From a virus: DNA of 64,000 nt. The notes under the pieces are model-generated. The model was not told the DNA's origin. It saw only the letters and a list, made by a program, of their open reading frames with translations, and made no database searches. Positions within the stretch are counted from its first letter, which is position 1; every line of letters starts with the position of its first letter. Shown here piece by piece: positions 18,565-28,445 of this stretch. The stretch is from the IMG/VR virus record IMGVR_UViG_3300009173_000010, positions 1-64,000 of that record; one strand, given 5' to 3'. Made by a program: the position numbers and the translations under genes.

Positions 18565-21500
18565 ATGTTTAACTTGAACGATAGATATATCGTTTCGAGT
18601 GGTGAATTTGTTCTGTCAGGTGTACAAGCAATTGTAAAATTGTCCCTTCTTCAAAAAGAACTTGATAAGAAGAATGGGTTAAATACTGCCGGTTATGTAA
18701 CAGGATACAGAGGATCGCCGCTCGGAACAGTAGATAAGGAGTTTCTCGCCCAGAGAGACCTTTTAACTAAAAACAACATTACTTTTCATCCTAGCATTAA
18801 CGAAGATATTGCAGTTGCAACATTGCAAGGTACACAGCAATTAGGCATTGTATCCAAGGCTACTGTTGACGGCGTATTTGGATTCTGGTATGGCAAAGGC
18901 CCGGGTGTTGATAGATCCGGAGATCAATTTAAGCATACAAGTTTTTTTGGTACTTCGCAATATGGTGGCTGTTTAGCATTTGCTGGTGACGATCATTCAA
19001 ACAAAAGTTCTACTATCCCCCACGAGACTGGCCCCACGTTTAAAACGTGGCGTATACCCGTTATAACGCCCGCTACAGTGGAGGATGTTATCCGGCTGGG
19101 TCTAATGGGTATCGCTATGAGTCGATACAGTGGATTATGGTCTAGTATGAAGATTATTTCTAACTTAGCAGATGCGTATCAAACTGTTAGTATTAATTTA
19201 GATAGTTGGAAGCCAAATATCCCTAATAATCCTCCAGTGGTGTTTGATGTTCATGCACGGTGGCCTGATTTAGGTGTTGAGCAAGAAGCACGTATTACAG
19301 AACAAAAACTTCCTGCATTGCAAGAATTTATGCGGTATAATATGTTTGATAGTTATAACTTGCCAAAAGAAACGCATATGCGATTTAGTAGTGATAATCG
19401 CGTTGGCATTGTTGCTGTCGGAAAAAGTTATGTTGATACGTTAACTGCAATGCAAAAACTTGGAATTACAACAGATGATGTTGGTTTATATAAAGTTGGA
19501 ATAGCCTGGCCATTGCACGAAGAACACCTCATAAATTTTTGTACATCATATCATGATATTCTTGTTGTCGAAGAAAAATCTGGATTAGTTGAAGATCAAT
19601 TGTATAAACTTTTATATAATAAACAACATAAGTGTAATTCTAGTAGAGATCAAATAAAAATACATGGTAAGAATTTATTACCGCAAAATTTAGATTTTGA
19701 TGCATATGAAATAGCAAAAGCATTACAAGAATTATTTGATAAAACCGGCGGTGTTTGGGGTTGGGGTATTGGAAATGCTGACGGCGGCAAGAAAGCATTA
19801 GACGTAAAACTAGACGATAGTTACGAATCAGTAGAAAAAAGAGAACCGCATTTTTGTAGTGGTTGCCCACACAATTCAAGTACAGTATTACCAGAAGGTA
19901 GCAAAGCATTAATAGGCATTGGTTGTCATTATATGACAGCGTGGATGCCTGACAGGCCAAGTGTTACGTTAATGCCTATGGGCGGCGAAGGCGCAAACTG
20001 GATTGCGGCACAACATTATCAAGAAGCCAAACACGTATTTGTAAACTTAGGTGACGGTACATATTTTCATAGTGGATTGTTAGCAATTAGAGCAAGCGTT
20101 GCCGCTGATAGTACTATTACATATAAAATATTATATAATGATGCAGTAGCAATGACAGGCGGCCAGCCAATAGATGGTGACCTCTCGGTAGCACGTATAT
20201 GTGAACAAGTAATGGCAGAAGGGGTTAAAGACGTAGCAGTAGTTACAGTCGATGGTTATGCTAATGAAATTTTGCCGCGCGGAGTTACATTACATTCAAA
20301 AGACGAATATATACAGTTGCAAAAAAGTTATACAAAAATTAAAGGCACTAGTGTAATAGTATTTGATCAACAATGTGCTACAGAAAAAAGAAGAAAACGA
20401 AAACGAGGCTTACAACCACTAGCAGAAGAATTTGTATGGATTAATTCAGCAGTATGTGAGAACTGTGGTGACTGTTCAACACAATCAAATTGTCTAAGTA
20501 TAATTCCAACAGAAACTAAATTAGGAACAAAACGACAAATAGATTATGATAACTGTAACTATTCTTACGATTGCTTAGAAGGATTCTGTCCTTCGTTTGC
20601 TACAATTAAAGGACGTAAACCAGCAGTAGAACTTGTTAAACCAAAGTTCCCAAAGTTAGTTAATTATTTGCATCCAAAAATTTCAAAGCCGGAACGTTAT
20701 AATATACTTGTTGCTGGTATCGGCGGCACTGGCGTTATTAGCACTAGTCAAATGATGTGTGTTGCCTCACATATCGATGGCATAAAAGTTATCTCAACAG
20801 ATCAGACCGGGTTAGCACAAAAGTACGGAGCAGTAACATCTACAATTAGTTTAGGAGAGAAAGCATTTGGCAGAATGTTTCCAAAATCCTGTGATGTAGT
20901 AATAGGCATAGATCCACAAGTTACAGCAATGGAAGATTCAATGCGTTTTATTGGGCCGAATACAACAGTTATTCTTAATAAAAGTTTGGCGGCCAATGCT
21001 GAGATAATAAGAAATAGAGATTGGAAGTTAGAACTTGATGATATTGTTAATGTATTAAAAACACAATGTAAGGAAGTAATTATTATAGATGCTTCTAATT
21101 ACGCTAAAAAAATAACTGGTAATGCTGTAATGGTTAATATGTTGATGCTTGGTTACGCATATGAAAAATGCTTGTTACCATATAGTGAAAAAGCAATGAT
21201 AAAAGCAATTGAAGCAAACGGTGTCGCAGTAGATAGTAATAAAAATGCGTGGATGATTGGCAGGCAATCTGCTACAGTCGAAGGCCATGGCGCAATTGAA
21301 CGTTCTTTGAATCCAGAGGTAAAAGATACTTTTTATAGTGCAATGTATCATAGGCACGAATTGTTAAAGAAATATCAAGACGAAGAATATGCTAACATTT
21401 ATTTAGACATAGTTACGAGAGCAAAGTTAAAAGAAGATTTCTTAAATTCAGGCACTCACAGTCATTTTAATACAGAATTTTCCGAAGCAGTAATGCGTAA

Positions 21501-21918
21501 TTTATACAAGTTAATGGCATACAAAGATGAATATGAAGTAGCCCGTATTTGGAGTGCAACACCTGAAATTAACAAATATAAAACAATTAAATTTCATATG
21601 TGCTTGCCTTGGAATCGAAAGTCACAAAAGAAAACAAGAATAGGCACGTGGGCAAAATATGTATTTGCTGTATTACAACATGGTAAAAAACTTAGAGGTA
21701 AAATATATGATCCTCTTGGATTTACATATGAACGAAGGCTGGAAAGAAAAATAAGAGATTGCTATATTTTGTTGGTTGAAGAGTGGATCAAAAATATTAA
21801 GACGGATAACTATAGTAATACAGAAAGACTAGCAAAACTCCCTGATAACATTAGAGGATATGGACATATTAAGTTAGCAAGTATTTGTAATTGTGAATTA
21901 TTTAAGGACGTAATATGA
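18565..21918 (+). CDS. Fused indolepyruvate:ferredoxin oxidoreductase family protein (IorA+IorB)
   Basis: GYRGSPLG, GDDH..KSST, FCSGCPHN, GIGCHYM, NLGDGTYFHSG...YNDAVAMTGGQ (TPP), CENCGDC and C..C..GFCPSF (Fe-S), GIGGTG, GLAQK, LMAYKDEYEVAR, IRGYGHIK. Confidence 0.93.
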   Translation: MFNLNDRYIVSSGEFVLSGVQAIVKLSLLQKELDKKNGLNTAGYVTGYRGSPLGTVDKEFLAQRDLLTKNNITFHPSINEDIAVATLQGTQQLGIVSKATVDGVFGFWYGKGPGVDRSGDQFKHTSFFGTSQYGGCLAFAGDDHSNKSSTIPHETGPTFKTWRIPVITPATVEDVIRLGLMGIAMSRYSGLWSSMKIISNLADAYQTVSINLDSWKPNIPNNPPVVFDVHARWPDLGVEQEARITEQKLPALQEFMRYNMFDSYNLPKETHMRFSSDNRVGIVAVGKSYVDTLTAMQKLGITTDDVGLYKVGIAWPLHEEHLINFCTSYHDILVVEEKSGLVEDQLYKLLYNKQHKCNSSRDQIKIHGKNLLPQNLDFDAYEIAKALQELFDKTGGVWGWGIGNADGGKKALDVKLDDSYESVEKREPHFCSGCPHNSSTVLPEGSKALIGIGCHYMTAWMPDRPSVTLMPMGGEGANWIAAQHYQEAKHVFVNLGDGTYFHSGLLAIRASVAADSTITYKILYNDAVAMTGGQPIDGDLSVARICEQVMAEGVKDVAVVTVDGYANEILPRGVTLHSKDEYIQLQKSYTKIKGTSVIVFDQQCATEKRRKRKRGLQPLAEEFVWINSAVCENCGDCSTQSNCLSIIPTETKLGTKRQIDYDNCNYSYDCLEGFCPSFATIKGRKPAVELVKPKFPKLVNYLHPKISKPERYNILVAGIGGTGVISTSQMMCVASHIDGIKVISTDQTGLAQKYGAVTSTISLGEKAFGRMFPKSCDVVIGIDPQVTAMEDSMRFIGPNTTVILNKSLAANAEIIRNRDWKLELDDIVNVLKTQCKEVIIIDASNYAKKITGNAVMVNMLMLGYAYEKCLLPYSEKAMIKAIEANGVAVDSNKNAWMIGRQSATVEGHGAIERSLNPEVKDTFYSAMYHRHELLKKYQDEEYANIYLDIVTRAKLKEDFLNSGTHSHFNTEFSEAVMRNLYKLMAYKDEYEVARIWSATPEINKYKTIKFHMCLPWNRKSQKKTRIGTWAKYVFAVLQHGKKLRGKIYDPLGFTYERRLERKIRDCYILLVEEWIKNIKTDNYSNTERLAKLPDNIRGYGHIKLASICNCELFKDVI

Positions 21919-22331
21919 AGTTGCAAGGATTACATCATTTTGCGTGGAAGTGCCGAAACGCAGATGAAACGATACATTTTTATTCACATATCTTAAAACT
22001 TCCACACGTTCATACTATCGAAAAGGATCATGTTCCGAGTACAGGAGCATATGCACCTTATAAACATATTTTCTTCCAAATGGAAGATGGCAGTAATATT
22101 GCTTTTTTTGATTTAGGTGATAATAAAGGAACCACAACAGATTGTGATGATTGGGTAGTGCATTTTGCTTTTAATGTTAGTACAAAAGAAGATGTTGATA
22201 ATTGGTGTCAATATTTAAAAAATAATAATATAGATGTTATAGGCCCTACTAATCATGATGATTGGATTTATAGCATTTATTTTTTCGATCCTAATGGATT
22301 GAGATTAGAGATTACAACACAGATAAACTAG
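21915..22331 (+). CDS. VOC/glyoxalase family protein
   Basis: LHHFAWKC, HFAF, SIYFFDPNGLRLE; ATGA overlap with IOR. Confidence 0.9.
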   Translation: MKLQGLHHFAWKCRNADETIHFYSHILKLPHVHTIEKDHVPSTGAYAPYKHIFFQMEDGSNIAFFDLGDNKGTTTDCDDWVVHFAFNVSTKEDVDNWCQYLKNNNIDVIGPTNHDDWIYSIYFFDPNGLRLEITTQIN

Positions 22332-22347
22332 TATATGGAAATATTAA

Positions 22348-23106
22348 ATGACAGGCGGCCGAATAAAAGATTCAAGTAGTGTAAAAATAACACAGTTTTG
22401 TGATGGGAGCGCATATTTAATTCATGCGGAAAGAGTTCGAAAATCACGCGGAGAAGAATTACCTGAGCAATTGAGAACAGATCCGTTAATGTACCAAGGC
22501 GTTAGCGATAAATTTTTAGAATATAACGAACCAATATATCCTTATAAAGAGGCATATGGTTTAGATTTTGAAGCAGAAGTTGGTGTAATTTTAGATGATA
22601 CCCCAATGGGGGTATCTGTATCCGAAGCAACAGAATATATTAAATATGTTACAATTATTAATGACATTAGTTTGCGTAAATTAATACCTGCAGAATTAGC
22701 AAAAGGTTTTGGATTTTTACAAGGAAAACCTCATAGTTCCCTTGGATTAAAATGTATTCCTTTGCGTTTTTTAAATGGCACTTGGAAAGAACATGATGCT
22801 GTATTAGATGCAGACTTGGTTATTAATTATAATGGTGAGGAATTTGGTAGAATTAATACTGCAAATATGGATTTTAATTTTGCACAACTAATTTCACATG
22901 CGGCAAAAACTCGTCCATTGTCTTCAGGAACATTGATAGGAAGCGGCACTGTAAGCTCTCATGATCTTTCTGACGGTTATGGTTGTTTATTAGAACGCAA
23001 TGTAGTTGAAAGCATTAATGAATTTATGAATCCCGGCGATACAATTAAAATGTATATAGTTGGATATGAAGATACATTAATTATAGATCAACAAGTTGCT
23101 TTCTAG
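22348..23106 (+). CDS. Fumarylacetoacetate hydrolase family protein (probably N-terminally shortened)
   Basis: DGSAY, PLMYQG, DFEAEV, NDISLR, GFGFLQGKP, GSGTVS motifs. Confidence 0.88.
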   Translation: MTGGRIKDSSSVKITQFCDGSAYLIHAERVRKSRGEELPEQLRTDPLMYQGVSDKFLEYNEPIYPYKEAYGLDFEAEVGVILDDTPMGVSVSEATEYIKYVTIINDISLRKLIPAELAKGFGFLQGKPHSSLGLKCIPLRFLNGTWKEHDAVLDADLVINYNGEEFGRINTANMDFNFAQLISHAAKTRPLSSGTLIGSGTVSSHDLSDGYGCLLERNVVESINEFMNPGDTIKMYIVGYEDTLIIDQQVAF

Positions 23107-23134
23107 GTAAATACTACTGTATAGAGGGACACAG

Positions 23135-23887
23135 ATGCCACGAAAACCTACTTTAGCACGAAATGAAGTTATTCAGCGTTTAACAACACGTCTCGGCGGC
23201 GGCATGGTTGATGTGGAATTAGATCCAGATCATTATAATGTTGCTATCGATAGAGCAATTGATCGCTATAGACAGCGATCATCTAATGCTACCGAAGAAA
23301 GCGGAATGTTTTTAACGTTGCAACCAGACATAACAGAGTATATTCTACCAAATGAAGTATTAGAAGTACGTAAGTTATATAGACGTGCTATAGGCAGTGA
23401 TTCTGGCACAGGCGCTGGAATAGATCCATTTGATATGGCATTTACAAATCTTTATATTTTGCAAGCAGGCCGCGTTGGCGGCGTCGCTTTATATGATGCA
23501 TTTACTCAATACCAAGAAGTTGTAGGTAGAATTTTTGGTAGCGAAACAAATTTTATGTGGCATCCTAATACACACAAGTTAGAAATTATTCGAAGAGTAA
23601 AGAATGAAGAAAGCATTCTTTTACATGTTCATAACGAAAAACCAGAGAATGAAGTATTAAGAGATCGTAGAAGTAGATTATGGTTAGAGGATTATGCTTT
23701 GGCAAATTGTAAAATTATGTTAGGAGAAGCAAGAGGAAAATATCAATCCTTACCTGGTGCAGCCGGCGGCGTAGCCTTAAATGGCGAGACTTTAAAACAA
23801 GAAGGCCAAGCCGAGTTAGATCGGCTCGAAATGGAAATTACTCGTTACGGAGACGGCGGCGAACCACCTACTTTTATAATCGGTTAA
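23135..23887 (+). CDS. gp13: Neck protein (gp13-like head-tail adaptor)
   Basis: RLGGGMVDVELD, WLEDYALA..K..LGEARGKY..LPG..GGVALNG. Confidence 0.88.
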   Translation: MPRKPTLARNEVIQRLTTRLGGGMVDVELDPDHYNVAIDRAIDRYRQRSSNATEESGMFLTLQPDITEYILPNEVLEVRKLYRRAIGSDSGTGAGIDPFDMAFTNLYILQAGRVGGVALYDAFTQYQEVVGRIFGSETNFMWHPNTHKLEIIRRVKNEESILLHVHNEKPENEVLRDRRSRLWLEDYALANCKIMLGEARGKYQSLPGAAGGVALNGETLKQEGQAELDRLEMEITRYGDGGEPPTFIIG

Positions 23888-23896
23888 GGAGTTCAA

Positions 23897-24166
23897 ATGT
23901 TACCAACCGATTCCCGGGCCGAATGGCCCTATATAAATAAACCTCCCCAATATGGCACTATGGATGATCTGTCCACTGCTGATTTACTACAACTTGAAAA
24001 ATTAATTTTAAATACATTAAAAGGAAATACAAATAGAGGACCAACGTATGGTGAGTTTTCTATTGTAGGACTTAATGGTTGGTTAAACGAGTGTCGTAGT
24101 ATTTTACAAAAACGTAAGTATAAAAGTTCTTATAAAATATTAAAAAATATGGTGTTAACTGCTTGA
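23897..24166 (+). CDS. Hypothetical protein
   Basis: SD AAGGAG, 89-aa ORF in operon order. Confidence 0.6.
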   Translation: MLPTDSRAEWPYINKPPQYGTMDDLSTADLLQLEKLILNTLKGNTNRGPTYGEFSIVGLNGWLNECRSILQKRKYKSSYKILKNMVLTA

Positions 24167-24191
24167 CATAGACTAAGAATAATGTTATTAT
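24163..24191 (+). promoter_or_regulatory. Sigma70-like promoter with extended -10
   Basis: TTGACA-17 nt-TATTAT, preceded by TGn. Confidence 0.65.
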
Positions 24192-24197
24192 AATATT

Positions 24198-24887
24198 ATG
24201 ATTATTGGGTTATCTGGATTAGCAGGTAGTGGTAAAGATACAGTAGCATCTTTTATTGCTGAAAAGCACGAATTTGATAGAGTAAGTTTTGCCGGCGCCT
24301 TAAAAGATGCTACGGCCGCAGTTTTTTCCTGGCCGCGAGAATTACTTGAAGGCGACACAAATGAAAGTAGAGATTGGCGAGAACAAGTAGACACTTATTG
24401 GAGTGCAAAGTTTGGTTATGCTGTTACTCCTCGGACAATTCTTCAACAGTTTGGTACAAATGTATGCAGAGAACATTTAAATGATAATATCTGGATTTAT
24501 TGTGTAGAGAAAAAATTACAAGAAAATAACAAAAATAAATTAAATACAGTAATTACAGATGTGCGGTTTCCAAATGAAATAAAAATGATTAAACAGGCCG
24601 GCGGAAAGTGTTTTCATGTTAAACGTGGCCCAGAGCCTAAATGGTGGCACTTGGCAAAGGCAGCAAATGGGTTAGAAGAAAATTTTAAAAATGATGTCAT
24701 GTTCGAAGGAGATAGTGCTGTAATTTCTAATAAATTAGAGATTGAATATAATCTCCATATTAGTGAGTGGGCCTGGGTCGGGTCTTCGTTTGATAGTGTA
24801 ATAAATAATAATAGTACATTAGAGGCGTTAGATGAAAAAGTAACCAATCTATTAGCCGTTTATGATTTCTTTGGCAAGGATATATAG
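24198..24887 (+). CDS. Deoxynucleoside monophosphate kinase (T4 gp1-like)
   Basis: IIGLSGLAGSGKDT P-loop, FAGALKD, PRTILQQFGT, ITDVRFPNE, HISE. Confidence 0.92.
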   Translation: MIIGLSGLAGSGKDTVASFIAEKHEFDRVSFAGALKDATAAVFSWPRELLEGDTNESRDWREQVDTYWSAKFGYAVTPRTILQQFGTNVCREHLNDNIWIYCVEKKLQENNKNKLNTVITDVRFPNEIKMIKQAGGKCFHVKRGPEPKWWHLAKAANGLEENFKNDVMFEGDSAVISNKLEIEYNLHISEWAWVGSSFDSVINNNSTLEALDEKVTNLLAVYDFFGKDI

Positions 24888-25015
24888 TCAGCCAGTAATT
24901 AACGTAATATAGAATGATGAAAGGCAACCGGCTATATAGTCGGTTTTATAATGATTTCCAATAAATACTGTTAACAACTTATATAAGTTATTATTAAGTT
25001 TAAGGGGAAAGATAA

Positions 25016-27715
25016 ATGCCAACATTAGTATCACCGGGCGTATCGGTTAGCGTAATCGATGAGTCCTTTTACGGATCCGCTGGTTCCGGTACTATACCTT
25101 TAATTGTATTCGCAACGGCTGCCACTAAGGCACACCCAAGCGGCACAGGTACAGCAACTGGTACAACAGCGATCACAGATGAAGTAAAACTTATTACTTC
25201 ACAACGAGAACTAATTCAAACATATGGCGATCCTTCCTTCAGGTCGGTTAGCGGAACACAAATTCATGCTGATAATCAGAATGAATATGGTCTATTAGCG
25301 GCACATAGTTACCTAGGAATTGCAAACAGAGCATATATGCTTCGTGCAAATCTTGATTTAGGTCAACTAGGTGCGGCTTCGACTGCTCCAGCCGGCGCAC
25401 CTGTTAATGGTACACACTGGTTAGATTTAACAACATCTACGATGGGCGTTTTTTCTTACAATGCGGGAACAGCAACTTGGGTTGCACAAACTGCATCTAA
25501 GTTAAACGCATCCACTGAGGTTGATGCTGGTACCGGTGCACCGTTAAATAGTATCGGCCTGGACGGAGCGTTCGCATGGGTTGCAACTGTAGGTGGCAAT
25601 GCTCATAATAGAATCTGGAACAAAGTAAGTGGTGTTTGGTATCACTTAGGTACAGATACTTGGAGAGCAGCCGCATCAAAAGACTTTCAGTTTGCCGCAC
25701 ATACTGCCATACCAACTGTAAAATCAACAGAAGGTGGCGGCGGTGCATTAGCAACCGGCGATGTATGGATTAAAACAACAGAATTCAATAACGGTACAAA
25801 AATGGTAGTGAAATCATATGATACATCTACCAAGAAATGGACCACAATTACTTGCCCAGTATTAGCAGATACAACCGCGGCTTGGACAAATTTTACAACT
25901 CCAGTTGCAGGTAACTTGTTTGCTAAGTACAATCACGAGCAAGGAGCACACACTTTAAAAGTTGCATCACATTCAATTTTACGATTTAATGGTAGTGCAA
26001 CACTAGCAGTTACAGGTAGTGCCAATCCAGCACCAACTGCAACGCACACAATGGTAATTAATGGTACAACCGTTACGTACTCATCGAGTGCAGATTCAGC
26101 AGTTATTAGGACGGCAGCACTTGTTAATTCGGCGGCGATCACAAATATTACCGCTAGTGTAGCAAGTAACAAACTAGTTATTACAAATACAGCAGGTAAG
26201 GACATTGTTCTTGCCGCGGGTTCAGGGACTTTGATTACTGATTTAGGTCTAACCGCAGGAACAAGTTCAAACTGGGTTGCACTCAGTTATGAGCCAAATT
26301 TAAATACTCCAGTTGGTGCCACACCTAATGGTACATTATGGTATGATAGCAGAATTACTACAGTAGATTTGCTTGAAACATATGATAATGCAGGTGTGAC
26401 AACATGGAGAACATTTAGTGGTACATTAACACCATCGGCATCAAAACCAACAACACCTTCTGCAGGTGATATATGGATTGATACAACTGACACTGAAAAT
26501 TATCCACTAATGTACAAATATAATGGTACAACATCTGTTTGGGATGTTATTGATAAGACAGACCAGACAACTAGCGAAGGTATTATATTTGGCGATTTCC
26601 GAGAAACTGCGTCTAGTTCATTGGAATCAGACGCACCAGTGCCAGCAACATATCCAGTTGGTATGTTGGGTTGGAACTTTATGGCTTCTGGCTATAATGT
26701 TAAGAAGTATAACTCAACTACTGCTAAATGGGTTAATGAATCCGGCACCAAAACAGCAGGTGATCCATATATGGGTCGTCATGCTACTAAGAAGGTTATT
26801 GTTAGAGCACTAGCGGCCGCACTTAACTCGAACCAGGATATTAGAGCAGAAACTAGATTCTTTAATCTAATTGCTTGCCCAGGTTTCCCAGAGTTAATTG
26901 ACGAAATGAAAACCTTGCACATTGATCGTAAGGAACAAACATTCGTTATTTGCGATGTTCCGTTTAGGCTTGCATCCTCTGGTACAGCAGTACAAAATTG
27001 GGCAACCAATGCGGCTAACGCGGCAGAGAATGGCGAAGACGCCCTACTAAGTTCAGGTCATGAACTAGGCGTATGGTATCCAGGCGGTTGCTTAGTATCA
27101 AATACTGATGGTACAAACGTTGTACAACCAGCATCTCATATTATGTTGAGACAGATGGCATACAACGATCAAGTAGCGTATCAGTGGTTTGCTCCAGCAG
27201 GTTATCAACGAGGCCTTGTGCAGAATGCAACAAGTGTTGGTTATATTAGTGCTGAACAAGAATATGTACCAGTAACACTAAACCAAGGTCAGCGTGATGT
27301 ACTTTATACAAATAAGGTTAATCCAATTGCATTTATGCCTAATAGAGGTTTAACTGTATTTGGTCAAAAGACACTTTATCCGTTAACAAGTGCATTAGAT
27401 CGTATTAATGTATCTCGTTTGGTTGCTTTTTTGCGTAAGCAGTATGATGATATGGCACAGCCATTCTTATTCGAGCCAAATGATACTTACACTAGAGATC
27501 AAGTACTAGAAGTATTCAATGGTTTTATGGCAGATCTTATTACAAAAAGAGCAGTATATGACTTCTTAGTTGTTTGTGATGATAGTAACAACACACCAAC
27601 AAGGATTGATCGTAACGAGCTTTGGATTGATGTAGCGATTCAGCCAGTTAAAGCAATTGAGTTTATTTACATTCCTGTAAGAATTAAGAATACAGGAGAG
27701 TCATTAACTACATAA
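25016..27715 (+). CDS. gp18: Tail sheath protein (gp18-like)
   Basis: LVSPGVSVSVIDES, WFAPAG..RG, RDVLY..KVNPI, GQKTL, ALDRINVSRL, FEPND, DVAIQPVKAIEFI. Confidence 0.96.
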   Translation: MPTLVSPGVSVSVIDESFYGSAGSGTIPLIVFATAATKAHPSGTGTATGTTAITDEVKLITSQRELIQTYGDPSFRSVSGTQIHADNQNEYGLLAAHSYLGIANRAYMLRANLDLGQLGAASTAPAGAPVNGTHWLDLTTSTMGVFSYNAGTATWVAQTASKLNASTEVDAGTGAPLNSIGLDGAFAWVATVGGNAHNRIWNKVSGVWYHLGTDTWRAAASKDFQFAAHTAIPTVKSTEGGGGALATGDVWIKTTEFNNGTKMVVKSYDTSTKKWTTITCPVLADTTAAWTNFTTPVAGNLFAKYNHEQGAHTLKVASHSILRFNGSATLAVTGSANPAPTATHTMVINGTTVTYSSSADSAVIRTAALVNSAAITNITASVASNKLVITNTAGKDIVLAAGSGTLITDLGLTAGTSSNWVALSYEPNLNTPVGATPNGTLWYDSRITTVDLLETYDNAGVTTWRTFSGTLTPSASKPTTPSAGDIWIDTTDTENYPLMYKYNGTTSVWDVIDKTDQTTSEGIIFGDFRETASSSLESDAPVPATYPVGMLGWNFMASGYNVKKYNSTTAKWVNESGTKTAGDPYMGRHATKKVIVRALAAALNSNQDIRAETRFFNLIACPGFPELIDEMKTLHIDRKEQTFVICDVPFRLASSGTAVQNWATNAANAAENGEDALLSSGHELGVWYPGGCLVSNTDGTNVVQPASHIMLRQMAYNDQVAYQWFAPAGYQRGLVQNATSVGYISAEQEYVPVTLNQGQRDVLYTNKVNPIAFMPNRGLTVFGQKTLYPLTSALDRINVSRLVAFLRKQYDDMAQPFLFEPNDTYTRDQVLEVFNGFMADLITKRAVYDFLVVCDDSNNTPTRIDRNELWIDVAIQPVKAIEFIYIPVRIKNTGESLTT

Positions 27716-27735
27716 CGTAGTTATTAACACCCATT

Positions 27736-27765
27736 AGAAAGGGGCCTTGTGCCCCTTTCTTTTTT
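27736..27765 (+). terminator. Intrinsic terminator
   Basis: AGAAAGGGGC-CTTGT-GCCCCTTTCT followed by T-run. Confidence 0.8.
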
Positions 27766-27827
27766 GGCGGTAAATTGATAAATAACTACAGTAGACACTT
27801 ATTCTAAAAGTGAGGAGATAAAATAAG

Positions 27828-28418
27828 ATGGTAACTCTTAATAAATTCGGTATTAATGTCGACGACAGCCAACGAGGTATTTTACAGCCAAAACTTAAAT
27901 ATAAGTTTCGCGTAGTATTCTTTAATTATGGCGGCGCCGGCGGTGGTCGAGAGTATACACAAAATGTTGTATCTGTTGATCGCCCAAAACTTTCATACGC
28001 TGAAGTTCCAATTCATTCGTATAACTCAATTGCATATGCTATGGGTAAGCACGAATGGGCAACAATGACTTGTGCAATTCGAGATGACGTTAGCAATGAT
28101 GTTGTCGGCCTAACTGGTCGTCAAGTTCAGCGCCAAGTTGATCATCACAACCAAACATCGGCACTTAGTGGTGCAGATTTTAAATTTGGTATGAGAATTG
28201 ACATTATGACAGGTGCGGCAAATTCTATTCTTGAGCAGTGGACCTTAGAAGGTTGCTTCTTGCAGAATGTTGATTATGACGGCGGCGATTACTCCGCAAG
28301 TGAACCATTGATTGTAACATTAACTGTGCGCTTTGATAATGCAACGCATTTTGGAGCAAATGGGTCCGATCAATTGACACCAGCAGGACTAACCCAACAG
28401 AATACGGGCACGGCATAA
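27828..28418 (+). CDS. gp19: Tail tube protein (gp19-like)
   Basis: Follows sheath; PKLKYKFRV, GKHEW, WTLEGCF..NVDY, LTVRFDNA. Confidence 0.85.
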   Translation: MVTLNKFGINVDDSQRGILQPKLKYKFRVVFFNYGGAGGGREYTQNVVSVDRPKLSYAEVPIHSYNSIAYAMGKHEWATMTCAIRDDVSNDVVGLTGRQVQRQVDHHNQTSALSGADFKFGMRIDIMTGAANSILEQWTLEGCFLQNVDYDGGDYSASEPLIVTLTVRFDNATHFGANGSDQLTPAGLTQQNTGTA

Positions 28419-28445
28419 TATTAATATTCGGAGGCATACAACCTA

